From positions 1 through 53,188 of the forward strand of contig JAFWGJ010000027.1 of assembly GCA_017512405.1 (NCBI GenBank): a stretch of DNA of 53,188 nucleotides, written 5' to 3'. The translations under genes and the position numbers were made by a program. Of this stretch, positions 9,558 to 18,851 are shown one piece after another; within the stretch, counting starts at the first letter, position 1, and the number at the start of each line of letters is the position of its first letter. Origin of the DNA: a bacterium. GTDB lineage: Bacteria > Cyanobacteriota > Vampirovibrionia > Gastranaerophilales > Gastranaerophilaceae. Under the pieces are notes generated by a model, which ran no database searches, was not told the origin of the DNA, and saw only the letters and a program-made list of their open reading frames with translations.

Positions 9558-11243
9558 GTGTTTAATTTAGTATCATTTAATAAAATTATGCCTGCTAAAA
9601 AGGCTTATAATACACAATCAAGCCAAAGTTTGTTACGTGGTTTTTATACTCAAAAACCTGATACTTTTGAACGCTCAAATACTGAAAAAACAACTTCTTG
9701 TCCTATAAGCTTTACAGGTAAATCAAACAGATTAAAAGAATATAAAAAAGTTACAAACGCACTTTCATTAACAGCAGAAAACGCTCAGGCTGCTCTTAAC
9801 GGTCAACTTGCAATGGATGGTTGGGCAGGCAAAGTTGCTGATGCTGTTAGTGCTTTATGGAATTCTAAAAACAGAGCTAAATTAGTTCAAGCTGACATTG
9901 ATAGCTACAAAGAACAAGTTAATGTACTTGATAATTCTATTAAAGAAGATAAATTTACAAAGAAATTTAAAGAAATGTTTGATGTTGAATACAATCATGC
10001 AAACATAGCAAAATACAATAAAAAAGCAGAACAATACAAATCAGCCGTAGCAAGTGATTATATGGCTAAAATTACAGAGAAAAAACTATCTAAGGATATT
10101 GAAAGATACAATAAATTATCAGGTAAATTAGACGATATTACAGAAAGAAAAGTTGCTACAAACGTATCTGCAGGTTTTGTTACAAGTTATAACAAGACCG
10201 CTACAAAAGAAGAAATTTTCTCGGATATGGAAAATTCTTTAATCGGTATGTTTGGCGATAAAAAAGTTTTAGATACAATTTTAACTTCAGGCGGTTTAGA
10301 TGCTGAAACAGCTACAAAAGAAGAAAAATATAAAGCTTACGGTTTTGTTGCAAACTTCTTGATTGAAACATCTAAGGAGACCGCTAAACAAGTAACAAAA
10401 GGTCAATCTTTAAAAGAAATAAGAGAAGATTATTTATCAGCTTATGAAAAAGCTTATGGTAATAAAAACAATATTCAAAAACGTGTAGATGATTACAATC
10501 ATTCTCAAGAAATAGGTGCCGCAGCTGTAAGAGGTGCAACTCGTTCAGCATTAATGACTGCTGCAACATTAATCAGTCCTCCTTCAGGTTTGGCAAAAAT
10601 TGTTTTCAATTCTGCTATGACTTTCGGTGTTAAAGTTGCAGTTGACGGTTCAGATAAATTAACTAACAAAGTTGATAATTCAGCAGATTTTAATTCTGAG
10701 GCAGTTAGAAAACTTGTTAAAAGTGCATCAATCAGTGCAGCTGAAAAATTTGTTTCAGGCGGAGTAAGTTCATTCATTCCTAAAATCAGTACAGGTCACG
10801 GACTTATTGATTACGGCTTAAATCAAGCAGAATTAGCATTAGTTGATACAGGTATCGGTTTAGTATCAGAAAAACTTAAAAAAGGTGTTTGGGCTAAGAA
10901 CCAAATTATTCCTCGTTTGATTATTTCTGCAACATTCAGAAATCTTAAACCGGAAGACAAAATGTTAAAAGACATATTATCAATGACAAAGGGTGGCGTA
11001 AATCAAGCTATGAAGTATTCAACTCGTGAATACAATCCTGTTAAAGCCTTCATTGAAGGTACAAGACAAGTTCTTGAACAAAATTATCAACAAGATAATA
11101 AAACATTTGCCGATTTGAAAAAATTAGCTGATGAACATCCTGAACAATATGAAAAGCTTATGGCTGAAATGCTTCAATTAGAAGTTGATGAACAAAACGA
11201 AGAAGGAAAAAACGAAGGCAATAAAAAATGGTTACCAGTGTAA
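9558..11243 (+). CDS. Hypothetical large protein (561 aa), no recognisable domain
   Basis: Long ORF with a GTG start after AGGT and genome-typical codon usage. It has a coiled-coil-like N-terminal half and an Ala/Gly/Ser-rich hydrophobic central region. Confidence 0.6.
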   Translation: MFNLVSFNKIMPAKKAYNTQSSQSLLRGFYTQKPDTFERSNTEKTTSCPISFTGKSNRLKEYKKVTNALSLTAENAQAALNGQLAMDGWAGKVADAVSALWNSKNRAKLVQADIDSYKEQVNVLDNSIKEDKFTKKFKEMFDVEYNHANIAKYNKKAEQYKSAVASDYMAKITEKKLSKDIERYNKLSGKLDDITERKVATNVSAGFVTSYNKTATKEEIFSDMENSLIGMFGDKKVLDTILTSGGLDAETATKEEKYKAYGFVANFLIETSKETAKQVTKGQSLKEIREDYLSAYEKAYGNKNNIQKRVDDYNHSQEIGAAAVRGATRSALMTAATLISPPSGLAKIVFNSAMTFGVKVAVDGSDKLTNKVDNSADFNSEAVRKLVKSASISAAEKFVSGGVSSFIPKISTGHGLIDYGLNQAELALVDTGIGLVSEKLKKGVWAKNQIIPRLIISATFRNLKPEDKMLKDILSMTKGGVNQAMKYSTREYNPVKAFIEGTRQVLEQNYQQDNKTFADLKKLADEHPEQYEKLMAEMLQLEVDEQNEEGKNEGNKKWLPV

Positions 11244-11722
11244 CTTTGGGGTTAAGACCGCATCATTTTTTGTGTTTACCCGGATATAAAGGTTATAATT
11301 ACAATCAGGCTCAAATAAACAGTTGGGATACTATATCAAAACATTTAAAAGATAATCCCGACACAGACATTTTGATTTTGAGCGGAAAAGATGATTTATG
11401 TAAAAAATGTCCGAATGACGGTACCGGAACTGCTATTTGTAAAGATAATGCCGTTAATGAACTTGATAAAAAAGTTCAGGATTTGATTGGTGTTGAAACC
11501 GGCAAAACATATAAGTTTAGTGAAATAATGCGCCGAATGAAACTCGCTGTAACACCTGAAATTCACGAAAGCTTATGTTCTAGCTGTACTTGGTGGCGCC
11601 ACGGATTATGCAGAGATACATTCAGCCCTGAAAACAAAGCTCCGTTCTTATCAGTTACATCAGGCGGTAAAGTTGATCCGTCAACCATTACATTTATTCC
11701 TGCGATAAAGAAAGCTGCTTAA
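11228..11722 (+). CDS. DUF1284 domain protein
   Basis: N-terminal LRPHHFLCLPGYKGYNY signature plus Cys-rich segments (CKKCPN, CSSCTWW). It overlaps the upstream ORF by 16 nt. Confidence 0.65.
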   Translation: MVTSVTLGLRPHHFLCLPGYKGYNYNQAQINSWDTISKHLKDNPDTDILILSGKDDLCKKCPNDGTGTAICKDNAVNELDKKVQDLIGVETGKTYKFSEIMRRMKLAVTPEIHESLCSSCTWWRHGLCRDTFSPENKAPFLSVTSGGKVDPSTITFIPAIKKAA

Positions 11723-12297
11723 TCAGTTAATTTTATATCACCTTGTCTGAATATGGTGATGCCATTTTGTGAAATACCTGCAACAGTTGAGGCTCTGCCT
11801 TGTGCTTTTTCGCCGTTATCTTCTATTACCAAATCAACTTTATCACCTATGTATCTAACAGCCTCCTCATAAGTCAAAGCAGCAGGCTCGTTTGAAAGGT
11901 TTGCACTCGTTGTTGCAAGCACATGCCCGTCTATTGAGTCGCAAATTTTTACAAAAGTCTTGTTATTAGGCACTCTTATACCGACAGTTTCTAATCCGCT
12001 TGTAATATAATCAGGCGTGTTATCAGATTTATCTATAACGAGAGTTAATGCTCCCGGAAAATGTTTTTGTATAAGTTCATTAGCAAGTATTGACAATGGT
12101 TTCACATATCTTCTCAAATATTTATCGCTATTTGACATTAATATTAATGGTTTTTTTATATCACGATGTTTAATTTCGTATATTCTTTCAACTGCTTTTT
12201 TGGATGTCGGTAAACACCCGATACCCCACACAGTATCAGTTACAAATGCAATTACACCGTCATTATTCAATATTTCCGCTATTTTTTTTGTATCCAT
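11719..12297 (-). CDS. tsaC: L-threonylcarbamoyladenylate synthase (TsaC/YrdC/Sua5 family)
   Basis: 192 aa with a YrdC-like fold pattern: VWGIGC, IYEIKHRDIKKPLILM, TSANLS. Confidence 0.8.
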   Translation of the reverse strand: MDTKKIAEILNNDGVIAFVTDTVWGIGCLPTSKKAVERIYEIKHRDIKKPLILMSNSDKYLRRYVKPLSILANELIQKHFPGALTLVIDKSDNTPDYITSGLETVGIRVPNNKTFVKICDSIDGHVLATTSANLSNEPAALTYEEAVRYIGDKVDLVIEDNGEKAQGRASTVAGISQNGITIFRQGDIKLTD

Positions 12298-13871
12298 TAT
12301 TTCTTAATTTTTTCCATTACACGTTTTGCAAGTTCACCCGCATATTCCATTTTCATTGCTAAATTTAAGCCTGTATAAACAATAAGGCAAAGAATACCTA
12401 TTAATGCTATTCTCACAAGTTCATGTGTGTGCAGATATTTTGATGCAAAATAGCAAATTACAAACGTTATTGCTCCTGCGATACACATTTTAAACAAATT
12501 AATAAATAGTTCTTTATAGTTTAATTTGATTTTTTTGCTTATTAAAATACCTAAAACTGTTGCATTAAAGAGAGTTACGAGTGATGTTGATAATGTAATA
12601 CCACCGATACCAAGCATTAATTTTTTAACCAAAATATAATTAAACAAAATTTTCAAAACAATTGATGAAAAGGCAACATAAAACGGAGTTGCGGAGTCAT
12701 TAAACGAATAATAAACCCTTGTTATAGAATCTCTGAAAACGTAAGGCAATATTGAAAAAGATAAGAACCATAATGCCTGAGTTACCATAAATGTGGCGTT
12801 ATCATTGAACGCTCCCCTTTCAAATACAACTTTTACTCCGTCATATCCTAAAATTAAAATGCCTATAATAATAGGTATTGCAGCAAAAAATAAAACTCCG
12901 ACGCCTTTGTTAAAATAAGTTCTTATGCCGTCAAAATCTTTTTCACCTGCAAGTCTTGAAAATAAAGGAAACAAAGGAACTAAAAACGCAGTAACCAATA
13001 TTCCGACAGGGAATTGGAAAACTCTGTTTGCAAAGCCTATTGCTGTCCAAGCACCTTCTTCAAGACAAGAAGAAAAGAACATATCTATATATATATGAAC
13101 TTGACCTATTGTTGAACTTAATACAGCAGGAAACAATAGCTCTAAAATGCTTTTATAATTAGGATTGTTAATAATATTAAAATTAGGCTTTATTTTGTAA
13201 CCAATCATTCGGACTTTTGGTATTTGCAAGATTAATTGACATAAAGCACCTACAACAGTTGCCGTTGCAAGAACAACTCCGGATTTATCACCGCCCGTAA
13301 ATAATAATGCTACAATAATTACCATACTTACGACAATTGGTGATAAGCTTGGTAGCATAAATTCTTTATATGTTATCAAAATTCCGTAATATATACCTAT
13401 TAACCCGCCGATAATCATTGACGGACACATTATCCTTAAATGTAATGCCGCAAGATTAACTAATTCCGCACTTCCGTCAGATATTATTAATCCCATTATC
13501 TGATTAGAAAATAAGAATAAAATTATTGTTAAAACGGTGAAAAACACAAAACTTGTAGTTAAAAAAGTATTAAAAAGTTTTTCTGCAACTTCGGGTGGTT
13601 TTTCTTTTAAATTAGGGATTATTTTTGTAAAAACTGCAACGGTTGCACTGTGAAATGGGCCGCCAATTCCGCCTAAAAGAGTTATTGCCAATGCAGGAAA
13701 CTGATATGCATAAAAATATGCATCGGAAACAGTTGTTGCGCCGTAATAATTTGCTACAATAATATCTCTGAAAAAGCCGACAAGTTTACTTACAACCGTA
13801 ACAACCGCAATTAACCATGCGGCTTTTAATATACTTGTTGTTTTGTTATCAGAATCCAAATTTGTCTGCAT
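12297..13871 (-). CDS. murJ: Lipid II flippase MurJ (MviN)
   Basis: 524 aa, polytopic. Typical MurJ N-terminus: SKLVGFFRDIIVANYYGATTVSDAYFYAYQFP. Confidence 0.9.
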   Translation of the reverse strand: MQTNLDSDNKTTSILKAAWLIAVVTVVSKLVGFFRDIIVANYYGATTVSDAYFYAYQFPALAITLLGGIGGPFHSATVAVFTKIIPNLKEKPPEVAEKLFNTFLTTSFVFFTVLTIILFLFSNQIMGLIISDGSAELVNLAALHLRIMCPSMIIGGLIGIYYGILITYKEFMLPSLSPIVVSMVIIVALLFTGGDKSGVVLATATVVGALCQLILQIPKVRMIGYKIKPNFNIINNPNYKSILELLFPAVLSSTIGQVHIYIDMFFSSCLEEGAWTAIGFANRVFQFPVGILVTAFLVPLFPLFSRLAGEKDFDGIRTYFNKGVGVLFFAAIPIIIGILILGYDGVKVVFERGAFNDNATFMVTQALWFLSFSILPYVFRDSITRVYYSFNDSATPFYVAFSSIVLKILFNYILVKKLMLGIGGITLSTSLVTLFNATVLGILISKKIKLNYKELFINLFKMCIAGAITFVICYFASKYLHTHELVRIALIGILCLIVYTGLNLAMKMEYAGELAKRVMEKIKK

Positions 13872-15579
13872 GTGGGTTTATTGCCTCTACATATAATCTT
13901 ACGGCTTTTATGGAACCTTCATCTAAAGGATAGCAAAAAGTTATTTCGTTTTCACCTTTTTTTATAAAATCAGAAATATCTATCCTTATTGGAGTTTTAA
14001 AAGAAAATAACTCTTGTGATAATGGCAAAACCATTTCTCTGCCGTTGATGGTTAAATTAATTTTTGAAAGTCTGAATTTATTATCAATAACTAATTCTGC
14101 TGCTTTATAATCAAGATAAAATCTTTGTGTAACCTTTTGTTGAGTTGGGTATGCAGATAAAATTATCGGTTCTGTTCCAAGGGATATTCCTGTGTAATAA
14201 TGTTTCAGAATTTTATCATAAGGCATTTTTAATTCTTTGCCCATAAATCCTGCTCCATATTGACTCATTCCTACACCGTGTCCAAAACCTCCGCCATATG
14301 CATTTATTTCAAGTATTTCATTATTTTCGTCAATGACAAATTCAAAAACTACGTTTGCACTTGGTAATGATATGTTATTTTTTTGAAAAATTCTTCTTAT
14401 AACAAGTTCTTTTTGAACTGTATAAATTCCTTTATCTGTAACTATTTCAAGGTCAATAAGTTTACCGGAATCACCTCTGCGTTTCGGTCTTAAATCTATA
14501 AGTTTTATATTTTCTTCACTTTCAAATTTAGGAGTTACAAATCCTGTTTTTGACTGTTCTTTCAGGGTTCTTGTCAAAACTTCTTCCAGTTCTTCTTTTG
14601 TCCAGTTCTTCTGCCAACGGTAATATGGAGAGCGGATATCATAAGAATCAGGTTTTGTTGTATAAAACTCTCTTACTTCTTCCTCAGTTTTTAGCGGCAA
14701 TTGAGAAATCATATCAGGTTTTGCAACCAAATATGGTTTATGAATTGATGGAAATTTTTTATTATTAGCATCAGAAAAAGCATTTGAAAAACTTTCTGTA
14801 TATCCGCCTGCTGTTGAGCTGTACTGCGCTAAAATTAGTTCCCAATTGTGTGTTGCAACTATTCCGTCTGTTTCATCAACTGCTTTGTTTGAAATTTTTT
14901 CTTCCGTATTTGCTCCGTAATATACCTGACTTGCAACGGAATCAACTACATCATATTCATTAACAAGTCTTGTGCGTGGACTTAAAACATAATTTCTTGC
15001 TGCAACTGCCTGTGCTTTTAAAGCTTCCAAACCAAAGCTTGTAGGCATTTCGTTCGGAACAACGCCTTTTAAATAATCCTGAATATCAAGAACATTCACT
15101 ATATAAAAAAGATTTTCTGTTTTTGGTTTTTTTATAAGTTCTAATGATGTTCTGTATAAAGCCTGTTTTCCTTTACGTTTAAGGTCTTTGATGCCTAAAA
15201 AACCTCCGTTACACAGTATAACAATATCATTATCCGTAAGAGCAGTAACAACTTGTGTAGTATTTTCTTCTGTATTTAATTCTGTTTTGGTAGTTTTTGC
15301 TTCAAAAGTATTGTTTCTCATTGAAATTTCCACAAAAGTATCAGCAGGAAATTCTGCTATTAAGACATCATTTTTTTTATCGTAAACTGAAATATCGGAT
15401 GTACCAAAAACAGTTGTTGTTTGATAAACATAGTTCTGAAAATTTTGATTACCGATAGCAACTCTCACATATTTATTTACGGATTGTTTTGTATTTTGTG
15501 CAAAAATTTCAGAACTTACAAATACTAATGAAAATATAGCAAGTCCTAAAAAAATTTTTTTTAATGTTTTAATTCCCAA
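13849..15579 (-). CDS. SpoIID/LytB domain protein (secreted)
   Basis: Signal peptide, plus SpoIID motifs (YLKGVVPNEMP, EALKAQAVAARNY, GHGVGMSQYGA). Confidence 0.85.
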   Translation of the reverse strand: MGIKTLKKIFLGLAIFSLVFVSSEIFAQNTKQSVNKYVRVAIGNQNFQNYVYQTTTVFGTSDISVYDKKNDVLIAEFPADTFVEISMRNNTFEAKTTKTELNTEENTTQVVTALTDNDIVILCNGGFLGIKDLKRKGKQALYRTSLELIKKPKTENLFYIVNVLDIQDYLKGVVPNEMPTSFGLEALKAQAVAARNYVLSPRTRLVNEYDVVDSVASQVYYGANTEEKISNKAVDETDGIVATHNWELILAQYSSTAGGYTESFSNAFSDANNKKFPSIHKPYLVAKPDMISQLPLKTEEEVREFYTTKPDSYDIRSPYYRWQKNWTKEELEEVLTRTLKEQSKTGFVTPKFESEENIKLIDLRPKRRGDSGKLIDLEIVTDKGIYTVQKELVIRRIFQKNNISLPSANVVFEFVIDENNEILEINAYGGGFGHGVGMSQYGAGFMGKELKMPYDKILKHYYTGISLGTEPIILSAYPTQQKVTQRFYLDYKAAELVIDNKFRLSKINLTINGREMVLPLSQELFSFKTPIRIDISDFIKKGENEITFCYPLDEGSIKAVRLYVEAINPHADKFGF

Positions 15580-16937
15580 GTAGTTCCGTCCTTTGAATCT
15601 TTTAAAATGATTCCGACTTTATCAAGTGCCATACGAATTTTGTCTGCCATATCCCAATTTTTTTCTGCGCGCGATTTTTGTCTTAATTCAATAAGTTCTG
15701 CCATTGAATTAAGTTCTAAATCTAAATCTTCGCTTACAGCCTTGATTTTTTCTTTTAATTCATCTTCTGATAATTCTGTTTTTGTAAAATTAAATCCTAA
15801 AACTTCACCCAATTTTACAAGTAAAGTATAGGCGCCTGCCTCATCTTTATTAGCTTTATTAACCAAATCAAACAACACGGCAAGAGCTTTAGACGTATTC
15901 AAATCATCGTCCATAGCCTCTACAAATTGTTTATATTCTTCTGTTTGCGTAATATCTAAAGCTTCATCAATTGGTGTCGATTTAGCATTTAACAAGCGTT
16001 TTGCACCGGCTTGAGCTGAATTTAAAGATTCTTCCGAAAATTCGACAGGCATTCTGTAATGGTTTGTTAAAATAAACAATCTGATTGTATTTGAATCATA
16101 TTTTTCAAGAACTTTGTCAATGGTTAAAAAGTTACCCAAAGATTTTGACATTTTTTCTTTGTTAATAGTAACAAAACCATTATGCAGCCAATAATTTACA
16201 AATTTACAACCGTTTGCGCATTCAGATTGAGCGATTTCATTTTCGTGATGAGGGAAAATTAAATCAGCGCCGCCTGCGTGAATGTCAATGGTTTTGCCCA
16301 AATGTTTTCTACTCATAGCTGAACATTCAATATGCCAGCCGGGTCTTCCTACACCCCATGGTGAATTGTAGCCGAATTTTTCGTCTTTTTTCCATAGGGC
16401 AAAATCAAGCGGATCTTCTTTCAAATCTCCTACTTCAACTCTTGCTCCGCTTTCAAGCTGGTCAATAGGCTGTTTTGAGAGCATACCGTAATTTTTGAAG
16501 TTTTTAACTCTAAAATATACATCTCCGTTAGCTTCATAAGCATAACCGTTTTTTATTAAATCTTTTACTATTGAAATCATTTCACCAAGAGTTTTGGTAG
16601 CAAACGGTTCAATATCAGGTTTTAAATTATTTAATGCTTCCATGCTTTTTGTAAAAGATTTATACCAAAAAGTTGAAACTTCTTCAGGTGTTTTTCCCTC
16701 GTTTTCTGCTTTTTTTAAAATTTTATCATCAACATCGGTAACGTTACGGCAATATGTAACATCATAACCTTTAAATTTTAAATATCTGTATAAAACATCC
16801 CAGGTAATATAACATCTGGCATGTCCTAAATGTGCATAATCATATACGGTTGGACCGCATACATACATTTTTACTTTATTACCGTCAATAGGCGTAAATT
16901 CTTCAACTTTATCAGTATAAGTATTATGTAATTTCAT
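15561..16937 (-). CDS. cysS: Cysteine--tRNA ligase
   Basis: HIGH-type motif (YAHLGHARCY) and KMSKS (EKMSKSLGN). Confidence 0.95.
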   Translation of the reverse strand: MKLHNTYTDKVEEFTPIDGNKVKMYVCGPTVYDYAHLGHARCYITWDVLYRYLKFKGYDVTYCRNVTDVDDKILKKAENEGKTPEEVSTFWYKSFTKSMEALNNLKPDIEPFATKTLGEMISIVKDLIKNGYAYEANGDVYFRVKNFKNYGMLSKQPIDQLESGARVEVGDLKEDPLDFALWKKDEKFGYNSPWGVGRPGWHIECSAMSRKHLGKTIDIHAGGADLIFPHHENEIAQSECANGCKFVNYWLHNGFVTINKEKMSKSLGNFLTIDKVLEKYDSNTIRLFILTNHYRMPVEFSEESLNSAQAGAKRLLNAKSTPIDEALDITQTEEYKQFVEAMDDDLNTSKALAVLFDLVNKANKDEAGAYTLLVKLGEVLGFNFTKTELSEDELKEKIKAVSEDLDLELNSMAELIELRQKSRAEKNWDMADKIRMALDKVGIILKDSKDGTTWELKH

Positions 16938-16943
16938 GATTTA

Positions 16944-17699
16944 TTAATATGTACCTTCTATTTTTTCCATAATTTCGTCAGGAATATCAAAATTAGAATA
17001 TACGTTTTGAACATCATCGTGTTCTTCAATTTTATCCATTAAACGCATAATTTGAGTTGCGGTTTTTTCATCAGTAATTTCGATTGTATTTTCTGGAATT
17101 CTTGTAAATTCAGCTGTTATATGCTCAAAGCCGGCTTTTTCAAGACCTTCCGAAACGGCCTGCAAATCAGCAATTGAAGTTAATATTTTATATTCGTCCT
17201 CTTCTTCTAAAAAGTCTTCCGCACCTAAATTTATTGCTTCTTCAACTAATTTATCATAATCAACATCAGAAGAAAATGTAATCATACCGTATTGTTTGAA
17301 CATCCAACCTACGCAGCCTGTTTCACCAAGATTACCGTTGAATTTTGTAAAATAACTTCTTATATCACCTGCTGTACGGTTTCTGTTATCTGTCATAGCT
17401 TCAATAACAATAGCAACACCACCTGCGCCATATCCTTCGTAGGTTAATTCTTCATAATTCTCTGCTGCACCGTTACCACAGCCCTTGTCTATTGCACGTT
17501 TAATATTATCATTAGGTAAACCTGCAGCTTTTGCCTTTTCAACTGCTGTTCTTAATCTGAAATTACCCTTTAAATCACCACCGCCAAGTCTTGCGGCAAC
17601 AATGATTTCTCTTGAAAATTTTTGAAAAACGACTGCTCTTTGTGAATCAACTTTAGCTTTTTTATGTTTTGTTGTTGCCCATTTTGAATGTCCGCTCAT
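16944..17699 (-). CDS. yebC: YebC/PmpR family DNA-binding regulator
   Basis: MSGHSKWATTKHKKA N-terminus, 251 aa. Confidence 0.9.
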   Translation of the reverse strand: MSGHSKWATTKHKKAKVDSQRAVVFQKFSREIIVAARLGGGDLKGNFRLRTAVEKAKAAGLPNDNIKRAIDKGCGNGAAENYEELTYEGYGAGGVAIVIEAMTDNRNRTAGDIRSYFTKFNGNLGETGCVGWMFKQYGMITFSSDVDYDKLVEEAINLGAEDFLEEEDEYKILTSIADLQAVSEGLEKAGFEHITAEFTRIPENTIEITDEKTATQIMRLMDKIEEHDDVQNVYSNFDIPDEIMEKIEGTY

Positions 17700-17872
17700 A
17701 TATTTAATCCTTTATCCTGTATACAACATGAATTATATCAGAAACAATGCATTTTAGAAATTGTAAACAAATGTAAATGATTTTTTGACATGGTGTTATA
17801 AAAAATTTTTTCTGTGGAATATTAAACTTGTACATAAAACAAAAACATTTTATGTGTCGTTGTCACTTTGAT

Positions 17873-17931
17873 GTTACGCAGGGAGCGTAACAGCACCACA
17901 TTGGATAGTGGTGTATCAATCACGAAAGGAG
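17873..17931 (+). promoter_or_regulatory. Flagellin 5' leader with two GGA-loop hairpins plus a GGA Shine-Dalgarno (CsrA-type binding-site architecture)
   Basis: Hairpin 1 is GTTACG-CAGGGAG-CGTAAC (17873-17891). Hairpin 2 is CACCAC-ATTGGATA-GTGGTG (17894-17913). The SD is AAGGAG (17926-17931), 7 nt before ATG 17939. Confidence 0.5.
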
Positions 17932-17938
17932 TCCGCTT

Positions 17939-18772
17939 ATGGCAATTACAGTAAACACAAACGTAGCATCCCTTACAGCACAACACGCTTTGACAAAAGC
18001 AACTAGCAGTATGAACACCGCAATGGAACGTATGTCAACAGGTTTGAAAATCAATTCATCTAAGGATGATGCAGCAGGCTTAGCTGTATCAAGCAAATTA
18101 GATTATATGGTTAGCTCACTTGGAGTAGCACAAAACAACGCTCAAATGGGTGTTTCAATGTTAGATACTATGGAGGGTGTAATGGGTGTAATTAATGACA
18201 ACTTAACTCGTATCAGAGATTTGACTGAACAAGCTGCAAACGGTACTTACGGTTCAGATGCAATGTCAGCAATCAAAATCGAAGTTAATGCAAGACTTGC
18301 GGAAATCAACCGTGTTGCAAGTTCTGCTGAATTCAACGGTAAAAAGTTGTTAGACGGAACAACTTCATCTGTAAACTTACAAGTTGGTATTAACAATGAT
18401 GATAATTCAACTATTACTTTGGATTCATCTGTATTCCAAGATTGTACAAGAGAAGGTTTAAATCTTGAAGATGATGTTGATTGGGCATCAGATTCAGATG
18501 CAAAAGGTTTCTTAACAACTGTTGATGAAGCTATTAAGAGCGTAACAAATGCTAAGACTGCAATCGGTGGTAAGCAAGCAGCTATCACATCAGCAATGGA
18601 ATCAGCTCAAGTTATGGCTACAAACTTAACTTCTGCAAGTTCATTGATTAAAGACGCAGATATCGCTGAAGAATCTTCTAACTACATTAAACAACAAATT
18701 CTTCAACAAACATCTGCAAGCTTGTTAGCAACAGCAAACCAAGCACCTTCAATCGCATTAAATCTTGTTTAA
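17939..18772 (+). CDS. fliC: Flagellin (short, D0/D1-only type)
   Basis: MAITVNTNVASLTAQ... N-terminus, LSSGLKINSAKDDAAG-like MSTGLKINSSKDDAAGLAV, and a C-terminal ILQQTSASLLATANQAPSIALNLV. Confidence 0.9.
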   Translation: MAITVNTNVASLTAQHALTKATSSMNTAMERMSTGLKINSSKDDAAGLAVSSKLDYMVSSLGVAQNNAQMGVSMLDTMEGVMGVINDNLTRIRDLTEQAANGTYGSDAMSAIKIEVNARLAEINRVASSAEFNGKKLLDGTTSSVNLQVGINNDDNSTITLDSSVFQDCTREGLNLEDDVDWASDSDAKGFLTTVDEAIKSVTNAKTAIGGKQAAITSAMESAQVMATNLTSASSLIKDADIAEESSNYIKQQILQQTSASLLATANQAPSIALNLV

Positions 18773-18795
18773 TACGATTAAGGCAATTATTAGAA

Positions 18796-18826
18796 GACCT
18801 GAGATTTTTCTCAGGTCTTTTTTTTT
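18796..18826 (+). terminator. Rho-independent terminator after flagellin
   Basis: GACCTGAG-ATTTTT-CTCAGGTC followed by a 9-nt T-run. Confidence 0.8.
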
Positions 18827-18851
18827 ATAATAATTCAATTCAACTTAATAA

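Noticed and set aside
17786-17791. A TTGACA hexamer upstream of flagellin as a possible -35 box, and a weak TAAA-N15-GTCGTTGT sigma28-like match near 17845-17872.
   Set aside because: There is no acceptable -10 at 16-18 nt from the TTGACA, and the sigma28-like -10 matches only 4/8 positions. Promoter calls in DNA this AT-rich are unreliable without mapping.
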